Shown here: positions 47,571 through 57,911 of the stretch, piece after piece
Numbering within the stretch: the first letter of the stretch is position 1
Layout: each line of letters starts with the position of its first letter
DNA from: Candidatus Pyrohabitans jungbluthii
Lineage (GTDB): Archaea > Hydrothermarchaeota > Hydrothermarchaeia > Hydrothermarchaeales > BMS3B
DNA length: 64,000 nt
Direction of reading: 5' to 3'
Assembly (NCBI GenBank): GCA_002010065.2
Contig: MTMD02000002.1
Location: 256,001-320,000, forward strand
Position numbers and translations under genes: made by a program
The notes under the pieces: model-generated
Databases searched by the model: none
Told to the model about the DNA's origin: nothing
What the model saw: only the letters and a program-made list of their open reading frames with translations

Positions 47571-48815
47571 CTAAAACCTGGCGATTCCCCACTTATCGAT
47601 GGCAGCCTTCAGCTCCTCATGCTCCTGTGCGTACTCCTCCAAGGCTATGCCCTGGAGCGTCGCCTCTAACGCTTGACGCATGGCTCGAGCGCCTGCCTCA
47701 GCGCCGAGGGGATGGCCGTAGATTCCGCCACCAGCCAATATCAGCGCATCCTCACCCAGGTAATGAACATTCGCAGGTATCTTGCCGGGATGCTGTCCCC
47801 CAGAGGATACAGGCAGGGCACGCCTCAGCTTTCCCATTTTCTGCTTAAGCACAGCAGCGCTCTCAAGCACAGAGTCTATGTCCTCGTACAGCTTGCCGAG
47901 AATCGCGCCTACGTGCACCTGATCTCCGCCGGCAAGGCGAGCAAGCTTGCTAACCACGACGGTGCTTATTCCGTGCACCTCGCTGCGCGTAAAGGCGGCG
48001 AACATATCGCGGTGGCAGTGCACGGGCACATTTATGCTTGGGTCCTCGCACAGCACGCGCAGCGCCGAGAAGCCCGCGGTGATGAAGTTTAGCATCAGGC
48101 AATTGGCTCCGTTTTCAAGGGCGATGTCGGCGTTATCTAAAATCTTATCAACCTCGTCGGTTACGTTGACCGCATAAAGCGTCTTCTCACCCTTCTCCTC
48201 GTTGGCTTTATCTATAGCCTCCATTGTAACAGAGACGCGCTCCTCTATCGGGGAATATTCAGGGTTTGCGATGAGCTCGTCGTCCTTGATAAAATCGACG
48301 CCCCCTTTCGCAGCGAGATAGCACGCCTCAGCGAACTTCTTTGGCGGCAGGCCAACGCAGGGCTTTACAATTGTGCCTATCAGCGGTCTCCCCTTCACTC
48401 CGAGAAGCTCTTTGCAGCCTGAGATTCCAAACTTGGGCCCGCGAAACTCGCTGAGGTAGCTATCCGGAAACTCCAGGTCGAGTAATTTAATGTTCCTAAA
48501 CTCACCCATCTCGAAGAGGTTGCCCGCCACGGTGGTGAGGAGCATGGGCAGGCATACGCCGAAGTTGCCGTGGGGGAAGGCGATTCTCAGCCTGCCTTTA
48601 TTTAACTCTCCCTCCTTGCCAAGCTTCTCCACCTCCAGCACCTTGGCGCTGTACCTTGCTATTAGATCGTCGCTCTCAAAGCCCACCCTTACCCAGGTGC
48701 CGGTGCTCTGCTCCGCCGCCAGAGCTTCGGCAGCCTTTTCCAAATCCATGGGCGTTTCCAGATAGTAGGTGGCGATGACATAGCTCTCCTCATCTATAGC
48801 CTGAGCGAACCTCAT
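47571..48815 (-). CDS. RuBisCO large-subunit superfamily protein, probably form IV (RuBisCO-like protein)
   Basis: AEQSTGTW, GPKFG, KPCVG, GGVDFIKDDE, HR, GKL, SSGG, GGGIYGHP. Confidence 0.9.
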   Translation of the reverse strand: MRFAQAIDEESYVIATYYLETPMDLEKAAEALAAEQSTGTWVRVGFESDDLIARYSAKVLEVEKLGKEGELNKGRLRIAFPHGNFGVCLPMLLTTVAGNLFEMGEFRNIKLLDLEFPDSYLSEFRGPKFGISGCKELLGVKGRPLIGTIVKPCVGLPPKKFAEACYLAAKGGVDFIKDDELIANPEYSPIEERVSVTMEAIDKANEEKGEKTLYAVNVTDEVDKILDNADIALENGANCLMLNFITAGFSALRVLCEDPSINVPVHCHRDMFAAFTRSEVHGISTVVVSKLARLAGGDQVHVGAILGKLYEDIDSVLESAAVLKQKMGKLRRALPVSSGGQHPGKIPANVHYLGEDALILAGGGIYGHPLGAEAGARAMRQALEATLQGIALEEYAQEHEELKAAIDKWGIARF

Positions 48816-49855
48816 AGCTTTGCCTCCTGCTCTGCAAGTAGCATAGTGGCATCCTTCACTCTTAAATCTTCCCCAGCGAGGGTTTTCAGGTGAAGGTAGC
48901 AGCTTGGGCAGAAGGTGGTGAGAATCTCCACTTTTGCTGCCTTAGCCTCTTCCAGGCGCTTCTTACCCAGGGAAGCACTTAATTCTGGAAAGGCGAGAGG
49001 AAAGCCGCCGCCCGCGCCGCAGCAAAGCGTTTGCTGCTTAGCATGCTTAAGCTCGCGCAGCTCAAGCTGCGGGATAGCTTCAAGAAGCGTGCGAGGCTCC
49101 TGGTAAATATTCGCCCCTCTCGCTAGGTGGCACGGGTCGTGGTATGCCACCCTCGCGGCTAATGGCGATAGGGAGAGCTTCTCCATATTCTTGAGGAGCA
49201 GCCTTGAGAGGTGCACCACCTCCACCTCGGGATAATGCCTGCGAAAGGTATTGTAGCACCCAGGGCAGGTTACTATGAGCTTCTCCACGCCCCGCTCCTC
49301 GAGCTTCGCCCTGTTCTTCGCTATGAAGTCTTCCCAGGCGGAGCCGAAGGTGAGCAGCGGTGCACCGCAGCAGAAATCGCGAAGCACCGCAAAGTCTTCA
49401 TAAATTAATCCGAGAAGCTTAATCGCCGCCTCCTCTATCTCCTTCGCCCTAAACTGGGTGGTGCAGCCAGGGAAGTAGGCTATGCTCGCCTCGCCTTCGC
49501 TAGCGGGCATAACCTCGCCGAAGGGATTGCCCATCTCACGGGTAATCTCCACCTTCCACTCGTGGAGGGGGAGCTCGAGCTTGGAAAAGTAGCGGCGCCT
49601 TGCTTCTTCTATCAGTAAAGAAACCTCCACACCAGCAGGGCATGCTACGCTGCATGCGTCGCAGGTGGTGCACTCGAACACGCGGAGCAACGCTTTCTCG
49701 CTCGCAGGAATCTCTTCCTCAAGCAAAGCGAGCAGAGTCTGAAGCTTGCCCCTCGCCACGCTTCCCTCGTTCTTTGTCTCTTTAAAGACCGGACAGGAAG
49801 CGCGGCAGAAACCGCAGCGCATGCACCGCTTCAGAGCTTGGGCAAAAGAATCCAT
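48812..49855 (-). CDS. Fe-S oxidoreductase, HdrD/GlcF-like (2x4Fe-4S + two CCG domains)
   Basis: CMRCGFCRASCP, CTTCDACSVACP, FCCG, YHDPCHLAR, CCGAGGG, CPSC. Confidence 0.88.
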   Translation of the reverse strand: MDSFAQALKRCMRCGFCRASCPVFKETKNEGSVARGKLQTLLALLEEEIPASEKALLRVFECTTCDACSVACPAGVEVSLLIEEARRRYFSKLELPLHEWKVEITREMGNPFGEVMPASEGEASIAYFPGCTTQFRAKEIEEAAIKLLGLIYEDFAVLRDFCCGAPLLTFGSAWEDFIAKNRAKLEERGVEKLIVTCPGCYNTFRRHYPEVEVVHLSRLLLKNMEKLSLSPLAARVAYHDPCHLARGANIYQEPRTLLEAIPQLELRELKHAKQQTLCCGAGGGFPLAFPELSASLGKKRLEEAKAAKVEILTTFCPSCYLHLKTLAGEDLRVKDATMLLAEQEAKL

Positions 49856-49893
49856 TACCAGCTAACAAAAAACAGCCGTCAAAAACAAAAATA

Positions 49894-50310
49894 TTAAACC
49901 CCAGCGCTCAGTGGACTGGGGCCAAGCTTCTTAATCCGTGCTATGAACTCCTTCATGGTGTTGGCGAAGCGCTCACCTTCGGCGGCGGAAATCCAGCGAA
50001 GCATCAAGCGCTCGGGCTCAATCCCCAGCTCAGGTAAGAGCTTCTTGAGCATCTCCACGCGCTTCTCCGCTTTCAGGTTCCCCGAGACGTAGTGGCAGTC
50101 CCCTATGTGGCATCCTGCCACTAGCACGCCGTCGGCGCCCTCTGCGAAAGCCTTGAGCACATACGCAGGGTCTAAGCGAGCAGTGCACATCAGGCGAATA
50201 ATGCGCGCGTTAGGCGGGTACTGCAAGCGCGAGGTACCCGCGAGGTCGCCGCCAGCGTAGGAGCACCAGTTGCACATGAAGGCTATGATTTTGGGTTCAA
50301 ACTCTGCCAT
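49894..50310 (-). CDS. mvhD: MvhD/FlpD [2Fe-2S] subunit
   Basis: [31 protein letters not shown]. Confidence 0.95.
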   Translation of the reverse strand: MAEFEPKIIAFMCNWCSYAGGDLAGTSRLQYPPNARIIRLMCTARLDPAYVLKAFAEGADGVLVAGCHIGDCHYVSGNLKAEKRVEMLKKLLPELGIEPERLMLRWISAAEGERFANTMKEFIARIKKLGPSPLSAGV

Positions 50311-50319
50311 TTTTCCACC

Positions 50320-52356
50320 TCAGGCTTCTGCTTTTACCTCTTCCTTCCCGCCTTCCTCGACATCTCCGCGCAGCGCTGCTTCGATCATCGCATATATCTG
50401 CTCGTCGGTGAAGTGGCGCACCTGCATTGCTCCCGTTGGACATGCCGCAGCACAGGCGCCGCAGCCCTTGCAAATCGCCTCATTCACATGAGCCTTTCTA
50501 TCCACCATAGTAATTACACCGAAGTCGCAGGTGCGCTCGCATATCCTGCACCCTATGCAAAGCTCTTTGCGCACGAACGCTACGATGGGCTCAGTCTCCA
50601 CCTCGCCCTTCGCCATGGGTATCGCCGCCCTTGCTGCGGCGGCACTCGCCTGAGCGACGGTATCCGGGATATCCTTGGGTCCCTGGCAGGTTCCGGCAAG
50701 GTATATACCATCGGTTAGCGTGTCCACTGGGCGAAGCTTGGGGTGAGCCTCAGAGAAGAACCCATCAGCGCTTCTACTCAGCCTGAGCAGGCGCTGAATC
50801 TTGTCGCTGTCTCGCGCAGGCTCCATGCCCGCGGCAAGCACCACAAGGTCAAGCTCCACCTCTAAGGGCAAGCCGAGCAGGGTATCTTCCACCCTCACCA
50901 GCAGATTCTTGGTCTTGGGGTCCTCAACTATCTCACCCGGTCTGCCTCGGATGAACTTTATGCCGTACTCCTCCTGCGCCTGTCGGTAGAACTCCTCGTA
51001 GCCCTTGCCGTAGGCGCGAATATCCATGTAGAAGATGTAAACCTCCGCCTCGGGGTGCTTCTCCTTGTACAGGCGGGCGTTCTTTATGGAGTACATGCAG
51101 CACACGCGGGAGCAGTAGGGGTTGCCCACCTTCGCGTCGCGAGAGCCCACGCACAGGATAAAACCTATGCGGTGCGGTTCCTTGCCATCGCTTGGGCGTA
51201 GAAGCTTTCCTCCGGTGGGGCCGCTGGCATTCACCAGGCGCTCAAACTCTAGGCCAGTGATGACATTCTCATAGCGCCCATACCCATATTCCGGCTTTCG
51301 CGTTGCGTCGAACTGGTCGAAGCCTGTGGCGACGATTATAGTGCCAACCTCTAGCTCCAGAATCTCATCCTTCTGGTCGTAGTCTATCGCCTCAGGTCCG
51401 CACACCGCCTCGCACATGCCACAGCCCAAGCAAGCCTCGTCGTCTATGGTGTAAACCAGAGGCACAGCCTGGGGGAAGGGCACGTATATCGCCTTTCTTA
51501 CGCCCAAGCCCTGGTCGAACTCGTTGGGCACCTCAACAGGGCACGCCTCGGCGCACAAGCCGCAGCCGGTGCACTTGTCCTCGAGCACCTGCCTGGCGCG
51601 CTTCCTTATCTTAACCTTAAAGTTTCCTATGTAGCCGTCTACCTCCTCAACCTCAGCGTAGGTGATAATCTCAATATTCTCATGCCTCGCGGCGTCCACC
51701 ATCTTAGGCGTTAAAATACACGCGGAGCAGTCCATGGTGGGGAAGGTCTTGTCCAGCTGAGCCATCTTACCTCCCAGGCTGGGGGTCTTCTCCACCAAGT
51801 AGACCTTAAAGCCCATGTCCGCAAGGTCAAGAGCGCTCTGTATGCCCGCGACGCCGCCGCCAATAACAAGCGCGGCTTTCTCCACCTTTACCTTGGGCTT
51901 CTGCTGAGGCTCAAGGTGGCGCGCTCTCGCTACAGCCATCCTGGTTAAATCCTTAGCCTTCTCAGTCGCCTCCTTGGGCTGCTTCATGTGCACCCAGGAG
52001 TCATGCTCGCGTATGTTAGCCTGCTCAAAAAGGAAGGGGTTAAGCCCAGCCTCTTCTAACGCACGTCTAAAGGTCGGCTCGTGCATTCGCGGCGAGCATG
52101 CAGCGACGACGATTCGATTGAGCTTGTGCTCTTTTATATCATCCTTAATAAGCTGCTGTCCTGGGTCAGAGCACATGTACTTGTAGTCCCTGGCAACCAC
52201 GACATTTTTTAGTTTGCTCGCGTACTCGGCAACGTCCTTGCAGTCTACTACGCCAGCGATGTTTATACCACAGTGACACACATAAACGCCAATCCTCGGC
52301 TCTTCCTTCTCCTCGTTCTTGGTGCCCTTCTCTCCCTTCTCCTTGTCTTCAGCCAT
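50320..52356 (-). CDS. hdrA: Heterodisulfide reductase subunit A
   Basis: [43 protein letters not shown]-terminal ferredoxin. Confidence 0.96.
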   Translation of the reverse strand: MAEDKEKGEKGTKNEEKEEPRIGVYVCHCGINIAGVVDCKDVAEYASKLKNVVVARDYKYMCSDPGQQLIKDDIKEHKLNRIVVAACSPRMHEPTFRRALEEAGLNPFLFEQANIREHDSWVHMKQPKEATEKAKDLTRMAVARARHLEPQQKPKVKVEKAALVIGGGVAGIQSALDLADMGFKVYLVEKTPSLGGKMAQLDKTFPTMDCSACILTPKMVDAARHENIEIITYAEVEEVDGYIGNFKVKIRKRARQVLEDKCTGCGLCAEACPVEVPNEFDQGLGVRKAIYVPFPQAVPLVYTIDDEACLGCGMCEAVCGPEAIDYDQKDEILELEVGTIIVATGFDQFDATRKPEYGYGRYENVITGLEFERLVNASGPTGGKLLRPSDGKEPHRIGFILCVGSRDAKVGNPYCSRVCCMYSIKNARLYKEKHPEAEVYIFYMDIRAYGKGYEEFYRQAQEEYGIKFIRGRPGEIVEDPKTKNLLVRVEDTLLGLPLEVELDLVVLAAGMEPARDSDKIQRLLRLSRSADGFFSEAHPKLRPVDTLTDGIYLAGTCQGPKDIPDTVAQASAAAARAAIPMAKGEVETEPIVAFVRKELCIGCRICERTCDFGVITMVDRKAHVNEAICKGCGACAAACPTGAMQVRHFTDEQIYAMIEAALRGDVEEGGKEEVKAEA

Positions 52357-52554
52357 ACTTTATCCTCCTTAACGGGACCTCGCTGGCAAGAGGCAGAGGT
52401 CTGTGGGTAATCCCTTGGTAAGGACTAACCTCTTTAAGACAAATTGTCATTATTTATAATTATTAATAAAGTTTTTGGTGATGGGTCATTTTCGGAAAAC
52501 CTTTATAAAGGGAAAGGGGATAATGAGTAAAGTTGCTTTTATGGAGGTTTAATC

Positions 52555-52701
52555 ATGGCGAGGTTTCCTGAGGCAGAGCGGAGACTTTTCAGGGTAAAGA
52601 TATGCAGAAAGTGCAAGGCGAGAAACGCTTGGCTTGCGCGCAAGTGCAGGAAGTGCGGCTCCAAAGCGCTGCGACCCAAGCGCAAGGAAGCTAAGGGCTG
52701 A
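52555..52701 (+). CDS. rpl40e: 50S ribosomal protein L40e
   Basis: Not in the ORF track; [24 protein letters not shown]...[12 protein letters not shown]; GGAGG RBS. Confidence 0.95.
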   Translation: MARFPEAERRLFRVKICRKCKARNAWLARKCRKCGSKALRPKRKEAKG

Positions 52702-52705
52702 ACCC

Positions 52706-53455
52706 ATGAGGGTGCTTAGCTACATCTCGAAGCTCGTGGCTGAGAGGAAGGCACACTTCACCCTTATCGATCCCGACAAGCAGAGTCCTGAAAAGGCAGG
52801 AGAGATAGCAGCGCTCGCACTCAGCGCGGGAAGCGATGCGATAATGGTTGGCGGAAGCGCGGGCATAGACCAGTATATCCTGGACGAGACGGTGAAGGCG
52901 ATAAAGCAGGAAGCTGGGTCAAAGCCGGTGATACTTTTTCCGGGTGATGTTTCAGGGGTTTCAAGGTACGCTGATGCGATATTCTTCATGAGCCTGCTCA
53001 ACTCCCGAAACCCCTACTACATCACAGGGGCGCAGGCGGTTGGTGCCCTCGCTGTGAAGCGTGCCGGAATTGAGCCCCTGCCCATGGGTTATATTATCGT
53101 CGATCCTGGTGGCGCCGTTGGCTGGGTTGGCGACGCTCGCCCAATCCCGCGCTCAAAGCCAGGGTTAGCTGCGAGCTATGCGCTGGCGGCGCAGTACATG
53201 GGAATGAAGCTTGTATATTTAGAGGCTGGCTCTGGCGCAGAGCACCACGTGCCTGAGGAGATGGTCGTCGCTGTTAAGCGCACTGTGGAGATTCCGGTGA
53301 TCGTCGGTGGTGGAATAAGGAGCGGAGACGATGCCTACCGCGTCGCTAAGGCTGGAGCGGACATAATCGTCACCGGCACAGCCATTGAGAACGCTGGCGA
53401 TGTTGAAGCCAAGGTTAAGGAGTTTGTAGCGGCGATTGCGAGGGCGCAGAGATAG
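52706..53455 (+). CDS. Geranylgeranylglyceryl phosphate synthase
   Basis: [28 protein letters not shown]; start set at ATG 52706. Confidence 0.93.
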   Translation: MRVLSYISKLVAERKAHFTLIDPDKQSPEKAGEIAALALSAGSDAIMVGGSAGIDQYILDETVKAIKQEAGSKPVILFPGDVSGVSRYADAIFFMSLLNSRNPYYITGAQAVGALAVKRAGIEPLPMGYIIVDPGGAVGWVGDARPIPRSKPGLAASYALAAQYMGMKLVYLEAGSGAEHHVPEEMVVAVKRTVEIPVIVGGGIRSGDDAYRVAKAGADIIVTGTAIENAGDVEAKVKEFVAAIARAQR

Positions 53456-53507
53456 CGTCGCTTTCTGAGGAAGTTTTATATAGCATTTAGATAAACTCTG
53501 CAATGCT

Positions 53508-53768
53508 ATGGATGCACGCGTGGTTTTTGGTGTTGGAGTTGCCCTGATAATATTCGCCATGTACTTCCTGGAGAAGGAGATGAAGAGAGCCGAGATTTTC
53601 TGGCTCTTCTCAGGCTTGGGCGTGCTCTTCGGGATAATATCTGTTTACACTGTGGCTAAGAACAGACCAAACTTCGAGTACTACATCGCCATGGCGGTGC
53701 TTTTTGTGCTCATAGCCGTGCTTTATTTTGAAGATGAAGAGATACCAAAAAAAGCTGAGCAGGGATAG
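53508..53768 (+). CDS. Small membrane protein (about 3 TM helices)
   Basis: Hydrophobic ORF filling the gap before pheS. Confidence 0.65.
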   Translation: MDARVVFGVGVALIIFAMYFLEKEMKRAEIFWLFSGLGVLFGIISVYTVAKNRPNFEYYIAMAVLFVLIAVLYFEDEEIPKKAEQG

Positions 53769-53769
53769 C

Positions 53770-55263
53770 ATGGAGCTGAGCAACAATGAGAAGCTGGTTT
53801 TAAAGGCTCTGGGAGAGATTGGCAGCGCCTCGCCAGAAGAGATAGCAAAGCATACGGAGCTCAACAACAGCGCAGTTAACCGTGCCCTGTACTGGCTGGT
53901 GCGTAAAGGCTTGGTCGAGGTGAGGGAGCGGGTAGACAGTGTTATAGCTCTTGACGAAGAGGGCAAGCTTTACGTTGCGAAGGGCTTGCCGGAGCGAAGG
54001 GCGCTTGAATATCTGCGCAGCAAAGGCGGCGAGGCTGAAATTTCCGCTCTGAGTGAGGTGCTGGATAAGGGCGAGGTGAATATCGCCTTAGGCTGGCTAA
54101 GGAGGAAGAACTTAGCGAATATCGCCAAGGGAAAGCTGGTGCTCACTGAGAAGGGGAAAAAAGGCGATAAAAGCGAGGATGAAAAGCTTCTGGAGAGGCT
54201 TACCCAGGGCGAGTTTATGCTGAGCCAGCTCTCACAGGATGAACGCCGCGCTCTGGAGCTTCTGAAGGGCAGGCAACGCGTGGTTAAGGTCGAGGAGAAG
54301 AGCTTAAAGGAGGCGAAGCTCACCCCTCGTGGAGAGGAGCTTGTTTCCAGGGGTATAGAGCTTGAGGAGGAGATATCCCAGCTCACCCACGACATTATAA
54401 AGAGGGGAGCCTGGAAGGGCAAAAAACTGCGCCGCTACGACGTTACCCTGCCCGCGCCCGAACTCTTGCCCGCGAAGCTTCACCCCCTCAGGATAATAAT
54501 CGAAGAGATCCGCTCCATCTTCCTGCAGATGGGTTTCAAGGAAATAGCAGGTCCATTGGTGGAGTCGAGCTTCTGGAACTTCGACGCTCTCTTCGTGCCT
54601 CAGGATCACCCCGCTCGCGAAATGCAGGACACCTTCTACCTGGAGGAGCCTTCGCGGGCAAGGTTGCCCGGGAAAGAGACGGTGGAGGCGGTTAAGCTTG
54701 CCCATGAGAACGGCGCTAATACCGGCTCAACCGGATGGCGCTACGCTTGGAGCGAAGAGGTTGCGCGCACCGCCCTGCTGAGAACTCATACCACGGCAAC
54801 CACGATACGCCACTTAGCGGCGACACGGGAGCCGCCCATAAAGGTGTTCTGTGTGGATCGCGTATTTCGCAAGGAGCGCATCACTTTCAAGCACCTGCCG
54901 GAGTTCCACCAGGTTGAAGGCATCGTTGTGGGCGATGTGAGCTTCTCAGACCTTCTTGGCCTGCTCCGTGAGTTTTACCACAAGATGGGCTTCGAGAAGG
55001 TGAGGTTCCGTCCGGGTTACTTCCCGTACACAGAGCCGAGCCTGGAGATTGAGGTGTTCTTCCCCGACAAGGGCAAGTGGCTTGAGCTTGGCGGAGCTGG
55101 CATATTCCGCCCGGAGGTTACTGAGCCTCTCGGGATTCGCCATCCCGTTTTAGCGTGGGGTCTCGGCATAGAGCGCCTTGCAATGCTCCGTCTTGGGTTG
55201 GAGGACATCCGCGAGCTGTACATGAGCGACATCTCCTGGCTTCGCAGAGCAAAGGTGAGGTAG
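53770..55263 (+). CDS. pheS: Phenylalanine--tRNA ligase alpha subunit
   Basis: WNFDALFVPQDHPAREMQDTF, LRTHTT, EFHQVEG, YFPYTEPS. Confidence 0.96.
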   Translation: MELSNNEKLVLKALGEIGSASPEEIAKHTELNNSAVNRALYWLVRKGLVEVRERVDSVIALDEEGKLYVAKGLPERRALEYLRSKGGEAEISALSEVLDKGEVNIALGWLRRKNLANIAKGKLVLTEKGKKGDKSEDEKLLERLTQGEFMLSQLSQDERRALELLKGRQRVVKVEEKSLKEAKLTPRGEELVSRGIELEEEISQLTHDIIKRGAWKGKKLRRYDVTLPAPELLPAKLHPLRIIIEEIRSIFLQMGFKEIAGPLVESSFWNFDALFVPQDHPAREMQDTFYLEEPSRARLPGKETVEAVKLAHENGANTGSTGWRYAWSEEVARTALLRTHTTATTIRHLAATREPPIKVFCVDRVFRKERITFKHLPEFHQVEGIVVGDVSFSDLLGLLREFYHKMGFEKVRFRPGYFPYTEPSLEIEVFFPDKGKWLELGGAGIFRPEVTEPLGIRHPVLAWGLGIERLAMLRLGLEDIRELYMSDISWLRRAKVR

Positions 55264-56916
55264 ATGCCGGTTATAAAAGTTGACTACGCTGAGCTTAAGC
55301 GCATGCTCAACGCAGAGATGAGCGACGAGGAGCTAATGGAGAAACTCCCCCTCCTGGGCTGCGACATCGAGGGCTTCGACGGTCGCTACCTGTACATAGA
55401 GTACTTCCCCAACCGCCCTGATCTGTACTCCGTCGAAGGTATAGCTCGCGCGTACCGCGCCTTCTTTGGGATAGAGCCCGGGCTCAAGGAGTACAAAGCA
55501 GAGGAGGCAGAGAACTACCTCCTCGTGGATAAGAGCGTCGCCGGGGTGCGCGATTATGTTGTAGCGTGTGAGGTTAAGAATGTGAAGCTCAGCGACGAGC
55601 TAATCGCCGAGCTCATGGAGCTTCAGGAGGACCTCCACTGGGCTCTGGGCAGAGACAGAAAGAAGGTCTCAATAGGTGTGCATGACTCCTCTCGCGTAGC
55701 CCCACCGTACCGCTACACCACTGTGAAGCCTGAGGAGATACGCTTCGTGCCCTTGGGTTATGAGCAGGAGATGACACCAAAGCAGATACTCGAGGAGCAT
55801 CCCAAGGGCGTGGAGTATTCCCACATAATCTCTCGCTACGACCGCTACCCCATAATCTTTGACGCCAACAACAATGTGCTCAGCATGCCGCCGATAATAA
55901 ATGGCGAGCTAACGCGGGTAACCGAGAGCACGAGAGAATTTTTCATCGACGTAACGGGCACAGATTTAAAGCTTATCTCGCAGGCGCTCAACATCCTCGC
56001 CACCGCCTTGGCAGAGCGCGGGTTTACCGTTCGAAAGGTGGAGGTGAGGTATCCTGATAGGACGATTACTACGCCCGACTTTTCCCCTGCGGTTAAAAAA
56101 CTGAGGAGGAGCTATGCAAACCGCATGCTCGGGCTAAACCTCAGCAACGAGGAGATAAAGTCGTGCCTGGAGAGGATGGGCTACGGAGTTAGGGCTGAGG
56201 ACGAGGAGGAGCTTGAAGTTCTTGTCCCGTGCTACAGGTGCGACATCTTCCATGAGATAGACCTGGTGGAGGACGTGGCAATAGGCTACGGCTATGGGAA
56301 CTTCCCTCCCACTTTGCCAGAGGTGCTCACCACCGGAGAAAAGCTGCCCGTGGAGGAGCTTGGAGAGAAGCTGCGCATGCTCATGCTGGGCTACGGCATA
56401 ACTGAGGTCATGAGTTTGATGCTCACCAACGAAAGGGAGAACTTCTTCCATCTTCGTCGCAAAGGCGAGGCGGTGAGGATAAAGAACCCTATAAGCGAGG
56501 AGCACACCATAGTGAGAACCTCGCTTTTGCCCAGCTTGCTGGGCGTGCTGAGGCTGAATAAGCATCGAGAACTTCCGCAGCGCATATTCGAGCTTGGAGA
56601 TGTCGTTCTGCTCGATCCCAGCGCTGAGACGGGCGCCGCAAGAAAGCGCAGGCTCGGTGTGGCGATAATCCATGCGAAGGCGAACTTCACAGAGGTAAGG
56701 GCATTGCTTCAGGGCATCCTCAGAGACCTAGGCATTGAGAGCTACCGGGTTGAGGCGAAGGAAGACCCAGCATTTATCCCGGGCAGGTGCGCCTCTGTGG
56801 TGCTCGGCGGAAAGGAGGTGGCGATTCTCGGGGAGATTCACCCCGAGGTGCTCACAAACTTTGAGCTTGAATATCCTGTTGCAGCTCTTGAGCTGGACGT
56901 TGAGGCTCTCCTTTAG
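55264..56916 (+). CDS. pheT: Phenylalanine--tRNA ligase beta subunit
   Basis: PNRPDL, LSMPPIIN, DLVEDVAIGYGY, GEIHPEVL. Confidence 0.96.
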   Translation: MPVIKVDYAELKRMLNAEMSDEELMEKLPLLGCDIEGFDGRYLYIEYFPNRPDLYSVEGIARAYRAFFGIEPGLKEYKAEEAENYLLVDKSVAGVRDYVVACEVKNVKLSDELIAELMELQEDLHWALGRDRKKVSIGVHDSSRVAPPYRYTTVKPEEIRFVPLGYEQEMTPKQILEEHPKGVEYSHIISRYDRYPIIFDANNNVLSMPPIINGELTRVTESTREFFIDVTGTDLKLISQALNILATALAERGFTVRKVEVRYPDRTITTPDFSPAVKKLRRSYANRMLGLNLSNEEIKSCLERMGYGVRAEDEEELEVLVPCYRCDIFHEIDLVEDVAIGYGYGNFPPTLPEVLTTGEKLPVEELGEKLRMLMLGYGITEVMSLMLTNERENFFHLRRKGEAVRIKNPISEEHTIVRTSLLPSLLGVLRLNKHRELPQRIFELGDVVLLDPSAETGAARKRRLGVAIIHAKANFTEVRALLQGILRDLGIESYRVEAKEDPAFIPGRCASVVLGGKEVAILGEIHPEVLTNFELEYPVAALELDVEALL

Positions 56917-57911
56917 GGAAAACGACTGTTAAGGACGCCGAGGTTTCTCAGGTCGAAGATGAGCAGGAGATAGCTTAAGATAACCTTGGCATCACCTATG
57001 TGGAAAACGAGCTTGTGGGCAAAATAATATTGCTTCTTTCTGCCGGTGCGAAGCTCAAGGAAAGAGACGAAGTTTCCTGATACGAAGTCCACAAAGCTGG
57101 CAGGGGTTATTTTCACCTCCATGCCAGCGAGAGCGCTGAGCTTTTTTGTGTGCTCCTCAGAGAGGATACTTCCTACCTCCTTGAGAACCTCTTTGTCATC
57201 GCTGTTGGGGAAGTCCGCGTAATCCACCTTCTTGTCAGAGAGTATTTCCACAAAGCGGATGGCATCTTCGATGGGGAATAGCAGGGTGGCGCTTCCGGAA
57301 AGTTCGCCATATAGGCTCGCGTAGGAGCCTACCATAGGTATTCCCTCGCCCGCCACAAGACTCGGAAAGTTTTCTATCTCCTCTATGATGGGTCCCTCTA
57401 TGCTTATCCTTGTGTCTATCCCTGTTATCTTCGTAACAGCATCCGCAAGCTTTGCCACGCTCTCATAGCATATCTTTCTGAAGCTATCTGAAACACTCTG
57501 CCTCACCACAATAGCCCTACCTTTCTCCTTGGATTTGGCTTCCTCTTCCAGGGTTTCAACAGCCTTCTTTACAGCTTCAAGAATCTCCTTGTTTTCGTAT
57601 GGTTTCTGAATGAAGTCACCAGCGCCGTGCTTTAGGCTTGCGATGGCACGTTCCAAGCTGGCGTAGGCAGTCATCATTATGACGTATATGCCCCTGTCCT
57701 GCTCTTTTATCTTCTTTAGAAGCTCTATTCCGTCCATATCAGGCATCATTATGTCCGTTATCACAATCTGGTATCCATTGGCTTTAATTTTTTCAAGGGC
57801 TTCTGCAGCGGAGCTGGCGACGTCCACTCTGTAACCATGTTTTTCCAGAAGCTTATTGAGGCTTAATCTTATGAGCTCTTCGTCGTCCACAACGAGTATC
57901 TTGGGTTCCAT
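56913..57911 (-). CDS. Response regulator: receiver domain + CheC-like domain
   Basis: ILVVDDE, ITDIMMPDMDG, MTAY, IQKP; C-terminal GELSGSATLLF...LKEVGSIL. Confidence 0.8.
   Translation of the reverse strand: MEPKILVVDDEELIRLSLNKLLEKHGYRVDVASSAAEALEKIKANGYQIVITDIMMPDMDGIELLKKIKEQDRGIYVIMMTAYASLERAIASLKHGAGDFIQKPYENKEILEAVKKAVETLEEEAKSKEKGRAIVVRQSVSDSFRKICYESVAKLADAVTKITGIDTRISIEGPIIEEIENFPSLVAGEGIPMVGSYASLYGELSGSATLLFPIEDAIRFVEILSDKKVDYADFPNSDDKEVLKEVGSILSEEHTKKLSALAGMEVKITPASFVDFVSGNFVSFLELRTGRKKQYYFAHKLVFHIGDAKVILSYLLLIFDLRNLGVLNSRFP

Noticed and set aside
47571-48815. Bona fide form III RuBisCO of the AMP pathway
   Set aside because: K177 and H298 equivalents are substituted, and no AMP phosphorylase or R15P isomerase is nearby; called RLP pending phylogeny.
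49894-52356. Selenocysteine recoding in hdrA/mvhD
   Set aside because: Both frames are open with Cys at the relevant positions and no in-frame TGA.
52634-52705. N-terminal extension of GGGP synthase in the ORF track
   Set aside because: It overlaps rpl40e in another frame; ATG 52706 is the likely start.
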